A stretch of DNA of 64,000 nt from Lama glama. Its lineage: Eukaryota. The notes below the pieces were generated by a model. The model worked only from the letters and a program-made list of their open reading frames with translations, did not search any database and was not told the DNA's origin. Positions 52,566-64,000 of the stretch are shown piece after piece (the stretch's first letter is position 1; each line of letters opens with the position of its first letter). A program made the translations under genes and the position numbers. Where the stretch lies: contig CM052818.1 in NCBI GenBank assembly GCA_028534125.1, positions 24,430,001-24,494,000 on the forward strand. The letters are read 5' to 3'.

Positions 52566-53629
52566 CATTCTCTATTTTAAAAGTGATGCAGGTATATACA
52601 TGTATACATATTAGAACAGCAGGCCTGGTACTTAATAAGTGCTCAATAAATATTTATGGAATGAATTATTCTAGTAATAGAGATTTATACAACTTTGCAT
52701 AGTTAATGTATCTGTATGTTTATACCCCCCAAAAGTATTTATATTGCACATTCATGTGCAAACACATGAACAGAGAGGGAGCTCCTCTGGGACTTGTTGA
52801 ATATGGCAGGAATGTTTTCCTTCTCGAATACTCCAGTGAAGTTCAATTCAAAAACTCTTATTAACCAACCCATATAATGTCATTTCCCAGCTGTGGTGTT
52901 ACATTGGGTCCCATTCAAGTGCCAAAAGCTCAAGGCTGAGGAGGCCAAAACAATCACTTCTTGAACGGTGAGATTATTTTCCAGCCATCATCACTGTATG
53001 ACACACTCTCTGAGGGGCCTCCAAGAGCCTGGGGAGTCCTCAGCCCCGCCAGAGACTCGGCTCAGAGCCTGCCACACCACGAACCCTTAACGAGAGTTAT
53101 GTAACAAGTACTCCTCTGTCTCTGGGAGTACCCATTTCCCAGTCATAATTTATGACTATGAGGGCTTTCTTTCCCCTGGAGCCCCAACCATCATAAGATA
53201 GCATTGAATTAAGCCCTGTTGATGTGTTTCCCAGGCTCTTGACTTGGAGGTGAGCAGTGTTTCACAGTTGGCTTTATTATGAGCCCTGGGACATTTGATT
53301 CACACGACTTCAGTCAGAGTACAGAAGAGGTGCAGCAATGATTACAAATCAAGAAAACTTTCCCTCCTTTTATTACACAAAAGTATTAGTTTGGTTTCCA
53401 AGGTACAAACGAGTGATCTCTGTGCAATCAATAGATTTGGCAAGGAGATACATACTTTAAGGGAGAACTTAAAATTTTGTTTCATTTAGCAAATTGGACT
53501 AATTCCTTTGAAGATGTAAGTGGGCAATTAAAGTCCAGATATTCACGTTCAGAACTTGACTTCCTTCCTCCATGAAAGACTGCACCAGTTTAAACTGGCT
53601 GTGAGGAGAGCTGTAATTCACAAGGCCAG

Positions 53630-53780
53630 CACAGTGATTGTGTGTGAGGAGGACAGTTAGGGACCTGAGTTCCAGTCCCGCCACATGAACTTTCAGTACC
53701 TTGGACAAGTCAGTTACCCTTTTCAGGCCTCCGTTTCCTGATCTCTAAAGTAAGTGGCTGGAATAGGTGTCCTTTAGAGA
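53630..53780 (+). mobile_element. MIR remnant
   Basis: GACCTGAGTTCCAGTCCCGCCAC..ACCTTGGACAAGTCAGTTACCCTTTTCAGGCCTCCGTTTCCTGATCTCTAAA. Confidence 0.75.
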
Positions 53781-54248
53781 CATATCCAGAGAGACCAGCT
53801 CTGAGAACATTGTCACTTTCAACCTGTTTATCTCATAACAATAGAAAGCCCACAGATGCTAGGAAAAATCTTTAGATAACTCCCTGATCTCAGTGGGTAC
53901 CACCCAGATAGCTAATGTTCCAATATGCTTCAACCAACAATAGGAATAGTGATTGAAAATGGACGATGTTAAAGATAAGCCTTCAAGAGCTAGCATTTGG
54001 GTGCTTTGCTTATCTCTAAATAAAGCTCATTTATTTTCCTTTTTGTATGCTTGACATTTACTGACTGTTGTTTTCCTTTCACATGAAGGTTATCACTGTA
54101 TGGTTTGAGTCAGATTTTAGTGGCAAACTTCACTAAATAATTTAGAAGCCTCCATAAAGTTTTTCTTCTTTTTCTTTTCCTGCCACAATTTCATTAAAAT
54201 TCATTTGGGAAACTATACGGCCTCAATAATATCTTATGTTTTGGAACC

Positions 54249-54262
54249 GTTACCATGGCAGC
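54249..54262 (+). promoter_or_regulatory. Candidate RFX X-box
   Basis: GTTACCATGGCAGC, one mismatch from GTTRCCATGGYAAC. Confidence 0.5.
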
Positions 54263-56145
54263 GTTAACAGGTGCAAGTTCTGGTGTAAGCTTATGTTCCT
54301 TTAAAAGGTTACTGCAATTATCACTGTGAAGGTAAATTTCATTGCAAATAACATCTAAGTACCTATGTTGTTACTCTTAGGAGTGAATGTCTCCTATACA
54401 TAATGATGTAGATTAATTTCCTCCAGAAGGAAAAAAATTTTTCATCAAATACTTACTCATGGAAGAAAATCTTTGAGCAATACTTGAGTTATTTTATATA
54501 ATAGAGTCTCATACTTAACTTCATAAAATATACCGACTTAAGGAATTTAGAAGACTTACTGCGTGGCTCTTACTTGGAGGATATTGCCAGTAAGAAATAG
54601 AAGAGAAAGTTGGACAGTAACAGAAAGTCATTAGGATTGCTTTTACAAAGTCTGTTCAATTTGAGGATATGGACTAACCCCCCTTTTTCACTCCTGCCTT
54701 CCTAATCTCCAATCTCTTTGTGTAGAGGGATGTCATCTAAATGGTGCGTGATCCTGAATGTATAACCCTTGTCATTCCTTGAAAAAAGTTGGAGGCCCCC
54801 AAAATAACAACCTATGCTACATTTACATGTTCCATCTCTCGTAAAACAGCACACTCTGTCTGTAATCAGAGCATCTATGTGCCGACCAAAAGAGGATACA
54901 CCTATCAGACGCCCCTGGTTGCCTTTGCCTTATCATACATTCTTCTGACCTAGGAGCCGAACAGAGTTGAGGGGTCAAAAGAAGACAAAGTGCAACAGTC
55001 ATTTGGGTCATGTCTAAGGTCTCCTCAGGGTTTCTGCTTCCACAAACTCCCAACTAGATTCTGACCCTGTGTCTACCTTGACCTTTAATGATCTACCAAC
55101 TCTCCCAAGCTTGGCTTTGCCCTTTAAACTGGACCCATTGCTTGCTAACAGTGCTTCCTGACCTGCTCTGTCTTAGGACACAGCCTTTTTCTATTAGATT
55201 ATAAGCTTCTTCATCTCAGGAATTGATGTTACCCCTGTTCTCCACCCCTCTGGTCCCTAGCCCAGTGCCTCCAGAATCCTAGGCCAGAGCCCAGGGATGG
55301 CCAGGCCTGGCTCCAGTGTCCCTGTCCTGGGCTGGATTCACATTCGAACAGGAATGCTGAAAGAAGAAAATAATTTCCCAAAGTCCGTTGCTTTCATGGG
55401 TGGTGGTGAAGGTGGACGCTATTGATGTAGGTGTTGCTGGCTGCCAATGAGAAGTGTGCACTTCAGCAGCTTAACCTGAGGGGATTGTCTTCCAAGTGAG
55501 ATTTACATGAAAGAGACAAGAGAATAGAATTGCACAAAGCATCAGTGGAAGGAGCTCTGGAGAAGAATTAATTTTAAGAGGAATGTGGGAGCAGCAGATT
55601 CACAACAGGTGGGAAAGTCCTTGAAATGAGTCCTGGAAGAAAAGGATGAGTAGTTTGACCTTGAATCAAGGAGAAGAAAAAAAGAGGAGGTGGCTATAGA
55701 GGGCTGATACAGCCATTTCGAAAGAAATAACCATCCTTCCAAAATGTCACCTATGAAGAGAAAAAATGGGAAGATTTGGCATCCTGAGCAACAATAGAGA
55801 TCTAAAGACGAGTATCAGGTACATCCCCCCAAGTTAGGTGTTAATGACAAAGGGGTAGTGGAGAATTTTTATTTCTTACATGTGTACATTTACCAGATTC
55901 TTTAAATTCAACTCCTATTTTGCTATATACTTTTCATGCCACCTTTTTCAGTTCAGGAAAAAAATTGTGCCGAGAGCCCACATGTCTCTTGCATAAGTGG
56001 CATTTCCTGCTCTTCTAGACGCATTGAATATTCCTTATATTGTGTCCTAATACAAAGCAGACCAGGGAAATTTTAGCTGTGGGTCCAGTTGAGAGAATCA
56101 AGCATGAACTGAGAGAGGGGACAGATTTTAAAGGTCAGGCTTGCT

Positions 56146-56314
56146 TTCCACACACCCCCTTGGTTTGGTGATATAGTTTGATCATTTGACGACTTATGCT
56201 TCAAAACAGATTTGTTTTAAATTGCTTCTAGCCACACTCACTATTTCTGCTTCCCACATAAATGGCAGCAGATATGTGCTTGTGGAAAACTCCCTCCCAA
56301 GTGAAGTAAGCTTT
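56146..56314 (+). repeat. Diverged direct repeat, copy 1
   Basis: 56161-56267 aligns without gaps to 58351-58457 (80/107 identical by hand count). Confidence 0.85.
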
Positions 56315-58329
56315 CAAAAAAAGAGAAAGGGGCTCTTTTAAATAGAGAGTAGGCAGAGCCATGCTTTTAATTTGCTTATGGAAGTCCAGTAAATATGGTA
56401 AAGAGCTGAATGTGATTGACATATCAAATTTGCAGTCAATTTTTAGATTAAATATCTATATATGACCATTTTTCCTAAACAATATTCAATTATAATTTTA
56501 AAGGAAAATTGAACAACACATAAACATTTTCCATGCACTGAACCATTCATAGCACGTTCCTTCCTGTCATGCACATCCTTTTAGTGACTAAGTAAAAGTT
56601 GAGACAGAAAGTTATAAATGTCTCACTTGTTGAACTATGGCTATAAAGCTGGTGAAGGCAAGTGTTTATTTTGTTTTACATTGCAGATCATAGTGCTTCT
56701 CAGTTGTTGGAAGATGCAATGTGTGAGCTCTTAGGATGGAAGCCATCCTCTGGAACGTGCACTGATAGAATTAGAATGAAATGACGAGGGCCACAGCATT
56801 CTAAGAAGTGGGAAAGGCACAAAGTCAGAGAAGCAAGAAGGTAGAAGTGTCTGGGGTTCATTTGGAGCTAAGGATTTATATATAGAAGAACAGGGGGAGA
56901 CAAAGGCATCCTAGCTGAATCTTTAAAGTAACCCATGATGTTTCTGGACTGACTGGAGCTCACGATAAGCCAGCACTCTTCTCATAACATGACAGGAAGA
57001 CCTGCCTTTGAGCCTGGAGTCCAGGGGAAAGCTCCAAACTGGGGATCTAGAGGTATGTTGTAACCACAGCTTGCATGCCAGCTCTGGACTTGTAACAAAT
57101 CAATTCATCTTTCTAGATCTCAGTTCCGAATCTAAATAATAAGAGTTTCTGTTTAGTCAATCTCTAGGATCTTTCCCAGATCTGCAACACCAAGTCCATC
57201 AAATAAGGCAGAAACTTACCTAGCTTTCGGGACTGATGTCATAGTAATCATTAACTAGACTCTCTTAGAGGTACATTATTTAAAGCTTCAGCCGCCGTCC
57301 TTTTTCCCAATATTCTTTCTTTTACCCATGAATAACTGCTCCCTAAAAAACCAAACACAGAATCCAGTGGGGCAAAAGGTGATGTGTATGACACACGGCA
57401 CAGATCTTGCCAGGCTGTTTCCAGAGCGTTTTTAGAAAAGTATAGTCATCAGGTTATGCTCAGAGGATTATAGTGAAACTTCCCAGGAAAGGGCATGGAG
57501 ATAAAGCATATGAATCACAGTGGGCCATGCTGTGGGAAGAGGAATAGTGCTCAGTATTTGTTTGGGAGATTTGTTAGTACAGCATCTTGCAAATAATACC
57601 ACCTCTTGACTGAATGAAGTTTTGCAGCTGCATAGAACAAAACAAGAGAGATTAATGCAAGGACACATTCTTTCAGCTTTGAAAGGAATTAAGGGGTTTC
57701 TGTGACAATTAATTTTTTTAGAGTGTTTTCTGTTTAATTAATTCCCAAGTCTTGTGATTTGTGTTCTGAAATACAAATTTCTTTATTTACGAGAAAATAC
57801 ATTTCTATTGAAGTGGCATTTGAATTTTTCTACTTTTTTATAATTATGAAAGTGGTATTCATTGCAACATAGTGGGGTCAGAGGCCATTTGCTATCACTA
57901 ACTGACATCTTTTCTATGTGGGTTTTCTCCCTTTTAATTGCACATGGAACAAATCCATTTTATATGTGAACAACCGCCAAGTAAATAGCTTTAGGGGACA
58001 GAGTCAAAATGAAAGGTAGTGATACATGGCAGCTTTATGGTTACAGTTATTAGAGTATGTATAAAAATAAATACAATTTATTAGCACATGAACATTTTAG
58101 CATATAACCATCATAAAGTTAACCATGACTGGCACATAGTAGTCTTGCAATAAATGATGGCTTGAATATGTGAAAAGAACTACTTTCCTTTCTTTCCTTT
58201 CCTTATGGTTAACAAAAAGGGAAACAATTTAGCAAAATACATGATTTGCAAGAAGAACTGAAAAGTGAGCATCTTTCACATAATCAAAATATGTAGCGAA
58301 TCACATCTTTAACCATCGCTGTAGTTCGA

Positions 58330-58501
58330 TTCCACACTCCCCTCCCCCAATGGTTTGGTGATAAAGTCTAGGTACTTGACTATTTGTGCCCCAAAACAGG
58401 TTTATATTAAGCCACTTCTAGTCACGGCCCCCATTTCTGCTTTCCACATAAACGGCAAGCAGGTATCCGGACGTGAGGCGCTCCCTGCCGTGCCAAGCTT
58501 T
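58330..58501 (+). repeat. Diverged direct repeat, copy 2
   Basis: See copy 1; offset 2190 bp. Confidence 0.85.
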
Positions 58502-59085
58502 AATGAGGACTAGAATAGGGCGGTAATGGCGTTGGCCCACAAGGAAGACCTAGGGGTCTTTTCATTAAGTGAAGTGCAGTGATGCCAATCCCCTGCTGCC
58601 CATGCCAGGCCCCGCAGCAGGCCTTTTGACACCCTGGGATTCGGGCTTGCAGCCGTTTGCTCCTGCTGTGGAATTCTCAGCTTTGTTTTCCATACAGCTG
58701 CAGCTGCCTCCAGTTGGCTGTCATTCCCGTGTCATTCCAGTGTAGATGGCAATGTTTTCTGCAGCCTTTTCCACATCATCCTGTATTCCTTAGAGCTAAA
58801 ACCAGCTCAGTCTTGCTGCTTTATGTGTATGAATTCTCACGTAGGCATTTTTGGTTCTTGTTCGGTGTATATGTGGTCTGTGCATCAGCAGAGTTAAAGC
58901 TTATAGCTGCTGCAGGAAGGAAAAAAGCTATTACATACATGATGCCAATGCTTAGGTGTCCTTTACAGTGAGATGAAATTATGTTAAGGATAACAGTCAG
59001 ATAAAGAAGTTTCTGTATTTCATAGCAAGGAACAGGGCTTTGTCAACAACTTTGGTTACCAAGGGCAGTCATCAAGGCAAATGGG

Positions 59086-62000
59086 TTTTTTTGTTTTCTT
59101 TTTACGTTTTTTAAATTATATGACTTTCAGGTATACAGCATTATCATTCAACATTTGTGTACACCACAAAGTGATCACCAACACAAGTCCAGTTACCCTC
59201 CATCACCATGTAGTTGACCTTCTTTACCCATTTTGCTCACCCCTCACACCCCTTCCTCTCTGATAACAGCCACTGTAACCTCTGTATCTATTTTCTTTTG
59301 TTTGTTCTGGTTTTTTTAGATTCCATGTATGAGTGAAATCATATGGTATTTGTCTTTCTTCATCTGACTATTAATATTATACCTTCGAGGCCCATCCATG
59401 AAATTCTACAAATAGTAGAATTTCATTCTTTTTTATGGCTCAGTCATGTTCTGTTGTGTCCATAGCCCTCATACTCTTTATCAGTTCATCCATCGCTAGA
59501 TGTTTAGGTTGTTTCCATATCTTGGCTGTTGTAAATAATGCTGCAATGAACACAGAGGTACATACACCTTTTCAAATTGGTGCTCTTCTGTTCTTTGGAT
59601 AAAGACCCAAAAGAAAAATAGATGAGTCATATGGGAATTCTATTCTTAATTTTTTAAGGAATTTCCAGATTGTTTTCCATAGTGGCTGCAGCAATTTACA
59701 GACCCATCAACAGCATACAAGAATTCCCTTTTCTTCACATCCTTTCTAATATTTGTTGTTTCTTGTCTTCTCAATAATAGTCATTCTAACAGGTGTTAAG
59801 TCACATCTCATCATGGTTTTTATTTGAATGTCCCTAAAGTCAGTGATGTTGAACATCTTTTCATGTGCCTGTTGACCATCTGCATGTCTTCTTTGCAAAA
59901 ATATCTATTCAGATGCTCAACCCATTTTTTAATTGGGTTGTGTGGTTTTTGTAGTTGATTTGTATGAGTTCTTTGTAAATGCTGGATAGTAACCCCTTGT
60001 CAGATACATCTTCCCATTTGGCCGGCTGCCTTTTGTTTTGATGATGACTTCCTTTACTGTGAAGATTTTTAGTTTGATGTAGGCCCAATTGTTTATTTTT
60101 GCTTTTCTTTCCCTTACCTTTGGAGTCAGAGCCACAAAAACATCACTAGGATCAATGTCAGTGAGGTTATTGCCTATGCTTTCTTCAAGGAAGTTTTATG
60201 GCTTCAGGTATTATTTTCAAGTCTTTGATCCATTTTGAGTTAGTTTTTTGTGTATGGTGTAAGATAGTGGTCAAGTTTCATTCTTTTGCATGTGACTGTC
60301 CAGTTTTCCCAATATCATTTGTTAAAGAGTCTTTCCATTCTCCATAGCTTCTTTGTCATAAATTAATTGTCCACGTATGTGTTGGTCTATTTCTGGGTTC
60401 TCAATTATGTTTAATGACCTGTGTATCTGTTTTGTGTTAGTACCATTATAGTTTTGATTACCATAGCTTTGTAGTATAGTTTGAAATTAGGGAGCATGAT
60501 GCTTCAGCTTTGTTTTTCTTTCTCAAGATTGTTTTGGCTATTCGGGGTCTTTTGTGTTTCCATACAAATTTTAGAATTATTTATTCTAGTTCTGTAAAAA
60601 AAAATACCATTGGTATTTTGGTAGGGATTACATTTAAACTATAGATTGCCTTGGTGGTATGGTCATTTTAATGATACTAATTCTTTAGTTCCACAAGCAC
60701 ACATGATCTATCCATTTATTTGTATCTTTTTAAACTTCTTTCATCAGTGTCATACTTTTCAGTGTACAGATCTTTCACCTCCTTGGTTAAACTTATTCCT
60801 AGGTATTTCATTCTTTTTGATGCAATTATAAATGGGATTGTTTTCTTAATTTCACTTTCTGATAGTTCATTATTACTGTATAGAAATGCAACAGATTTCT
60901 GCGTATTAATTTTGTATCTTGCAAATTTACTGAATTTATTAATTCTAGTCATTTTTTGGTGGAATCTTTGGGTTTTCTATATATAGTATCATGTCATCTT
61001 GCAAACAGGGAGTTTTACTCCTTCCTTTCCAATTTGGGTATCTTTTATTATTCTTGCCTAATTGCTGTGGCTAGGACTTCCAGTGCTATGTTTAATAAAA
61101 GTTATGAGAGTGGTTTCTTGTCTAGTTCCTGATCTTAGAGGAAAAGCTTTAAGCTTTTCATAGTTGAGCATGATGTTAGCTATGGGTTTGTCATATATGG
61201 CCTTTATTATGTTATATTTTCTCTCTACTCACTTTGTTGAGTGTTTTTTAATCACAAATGGATGTTGAATTTTGTAAAATACTTTTTTTAAATCTATTGA
61301 GGTGGTTATATGATTTTTATCCTTCATTTTGTTACTGTAATGTATCACATTGATTGATTCACAGATGTTGAACCATCCTTGCATCCCTGGAATAAATGTC
61401 ACTTGATTGTGGTATATAATGTATTTTTGTATTTGGTTTGCTAATACACTGCTAAGGATTTTTGCATCTATGTCTTTAAGGATATTGTCTTATAATTTAG
61501 TGTGTGTGTGTAGTTACCTTGCCTGGTTTGGTATCAGACTTTTACAATGCTGGTTTTGTAAAATGGATTTGGAAAGTTTTCCTCTTCTTCAAGTTTTCGG
61601 AAGATCTTGAGTAGGACAGGCATTAAATCTCCTTTGAAAGTTTTGTAGAGTATTCCAATGAAGCCTTCTGGTCTTGGGCTTTTGTTTATTGGGAGATTTT
61701 AAATTACTGTTTCCATCTCCTTATAAGTAATTGGCCTGTTTAGATTTTATATTTCTTCATGATTTGGAAGAGTGTATGTTTCTAGGAACTTAGCTATGTC
61801 TTCTAGGTCGTCCAACTTGTGAGAGTACAATTACTGGTAGTCATCTCTTACGATCATTTGTGTTTCTATGGTATCTGTTGTAACTTCTCTTTCATTTCTG
61901 ATTTTATTTATTTGAGTTCTCTTTTTTTCTTAGTTGGTGTAAATAAAGGTTTGTCAATTTGGTTTATCTTTTCAAAGAACCAGCTCTTAGTTTCACTGAT

Positions 62001-62850
62001 CTTTTCTGCTGTGTTTTTCCTGCTATTTTATTTACTTTTGCTTTAATATTTACTATTTCCTTCCTTCTACTAATTTGGAGCTTTGTTTGGTCATCTTTTT
62101 CTAGTTCCGTTAGGTGTAAAGTTAGATTGTTTACTTGGGATTTTTCTTATTTCTTGAGGTAGACCTATATATTGCCATGAACTTCCATCTTGGAACCACT
62201 TTCACTACATCCCATAGATTTGGTATGTTTATTTCTGTTTTCGTTTGTCTCTAGGTATTATTTTTGAATTTCTCCTTTGATTTTTTTCAATGACCCATTG
62301 GTTGCTCAGTTGCATGTTGTTTAATCTCCACATTTTTATGGGTTTCCCCATTTTTACCTTGTGATTGAGTTCTAGTTTTATATAAGTGTGGTCAGAGAAA
62401 GGGGGGAGTGTATAGCTCAAATGGCAGAGTGCATGCTTAGCATGCACGAAGTCCTGGGTTCAGAACCCAGTATCACCTCTAAAAATAAGTAAACCTGATT
62501 ACCCACCCACCAAAATAAAAATATAATTAAATAATGTAACAATAAATAAATAAAAATATTTTTTAAATTGTGGTCAGAGAAGATGCTCAATATAATTTAA
62601 ATCTTCTTGAATTTATTGAGACTTGTTTTGTTACATAACATGTGATCTATACTGGAGAATATTCCATGTGCCCTTGGTGAGACTATCTCTCTGCCTCAGT
62701 GCAATCCTTTAACCCTTTGCTGTGGAGGCCCTCTTCATCCAGTTTTCAAGTCTTTGTCCAAGGGAATTATTCTATAGGTAGTTGTAAATCTGTTGTGTTT
62801 GTGGGAGGAAGTGAGTTCAGGGTCTACCTATGCCGCCATCTTTAACTCCC
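59086..62850 (-). mobile_element. Decayed L1 (L1MA-class): 5' end joined to ORF2 (endonuclease C-terminal part, RT, C-terminus), then 3'UTR and poly(A)
   Basis: ORF fragments FSDH..IKLE...WRLNN (endonuclease, 62229-62447), [21 protein letters not shown]...[14 protein letters not shown] (RT, 60716-60952) and KAKINNWAYIKLK (59929-60135). 62678-62850 reverse-complements to GGGAGTTAAAGATGGCGGCATAGGTAGACCCTGAACTCACTTCCTCCCAC, an L1 5' start with a YY1 motif. Confidence 0.92.
62400..62568 (+). mobile_element. vic-1-type SINE inserted in the L1, with a perfect 13-bp TSD
   Basis: GGGGGGAGTGTATAGCTCAAATGGCAGAGTGCATGCTTAGCATGCACGAAGTCCTGGGTTCA..., then AAACCTGATTACCC and an A-rich tail. TGTGGTCAGAGAA occurs at 62387-62399 and 62569-62581. 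Confidence 0.93.
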
Positions 62851-64000
62851 TTCAGTTGGTAAATTGTTTCTAGCAATTAAATAAGTGACCGCATATGGAA
62901 ACAGAGCACATATGCTGATCACATTTCCTCATGGGGTTATTTGTTTATCAGCATGACCTGAATTCTGTGTATGTAAAATGTAAGTAGTAACATTTTCTAG
63001 ACCCTAAGCCCTTTGCAGACAGGGAGCAGCTCATCGAGCTCTGAGTTTCCTAAGACCAAGGAACAAACTGAATTGAAACAACACAACTATCTCATTGGTC
63101 ACAATATTCAGTGCTGCCCTGGCGTTGTGCAGAACTCGATGCTGGGTATAGGAAATCAGAACTAAAGGATAGTCACTAATTCAAAAAAAAAACCCTCATT
63201 AAGGAGTAATTGTTATTTGCATATGTTATGACTAGGGTGTAAAATAGGTAACAAAACACTCTTTGTAAACACTACACAAAACATGGGACTCCCTCAACCC
63301 TGAGCTGGAGAGGATGAAGAGTTAGGGAAGACACTGTATTATACATAGGGTGCCTGTTTTCCATTGCTAATAATTTTGCTGTGGAGATTGTACCAACACC
63401 CATAAAACAAAGAACCGTAAAGAAATGCAAAATTAGATGTCAGTTTAAAAAGCATGGGCTCCTTGTTATGTAAAAAGAGTTCAGAGAAACAATCAAAGCT
63501 TTGACACCAGGAAAAATAATCAAGAAAGGTCCTATGGAAAAAGAGGGTTTTGAAGTCCAGAGATCCACCACCCTATTTAAAACTCCATGGTGAGACCCAC
63601 CAAGCAATGCGTCTGTTGTTAAAATGTCTTAGGTGTGATCATTTTCTAGCTCTAAATTTTTCAGGAGAGCTACTTTGATACTGAACAGTATTAGGTTTGT
63701 TTTGTCCGCTTGTTTTATTATCCCTCCTGGCCATTACGTTAGCAGTGGTACTTCGGCTGCCTCTATTAATAGATGCTCATTAGCAGCCCTTCCATGAACT
63801 AATTTCAGGATTATACTGAAAGCTACAAACTTACCTTTTCGATCATTTATTAACAGTTGGACGCCTGCATTTGCTACTCTTGTGGACGTTCAAGTGTGGG
63901 CACATTAGTCAGGGAAGTCACTTCCACTTTATCTTAGAAGGAAATAGAATGCAAGTCAGCCTAATACCTACAAGGTTGGTTCTTCTCTGTCCCCAGAGTG

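Noticed and set aside
56140..56262. H/ACA snoRNA reading of the duplicated element (ACA-NNN in both copies)
   Set aside because: No convincing second hairpin or well-placed H box.
1..64000. CRISPR arrays, operons, rRNA, known miRNA hairpins, CpG island
   Set aside because: None seen. The DNA is eukaryotic and CpG-depleted, and I found no match to the mature miRNA sequences I could recall.

Overview
This is mammalian genomic DNA, CpG-poor and repeat-rich, almost certainly from a camelid. It carries four tRNA-Ala-derived SINEs with the 'AAACCTAATTACCTCCC' tail typical of the camelid vic-1 family and artiodactyl-type L1 3' ends. I saw no ruminant, pig or primate SINEs. I could not recognise an intact protein-coding exon, RNA gene or host gene. 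The only ORFs with recognisable products are decayed L1 ORF1/ORF2 and Tigger1 transposase fragments, so the window looks like a large intron or gene desert. It contains MIR, L2, L1, MaLR/ERV LTR and DNA-transposon relics plus a few candidate regulatory sites. I do not find convincing evidence of a new biological system. The most unusual structures are: (1) an L1 whose 5' end is fused directly to the ORF2 endonuclease region, possibly a spliced retrocopy; (2) a TSD-bounded L1 insertion made of an inverted ORF1 piece joined to only ~50 nt of L1 3' end; (3) a compound L1 locus with three copies of one target site and a captured segment; (4) an ungapped ~75% identical 107-bp duplication 2190 bp apart in non-repeat-looking DNA; (5) a motif-dense candidate promoter/first exon near 17.8-18.0 kb. 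Repeat family names are from memory of consensus sequences, not from a database search, and boundaries of old repeats are approximate.
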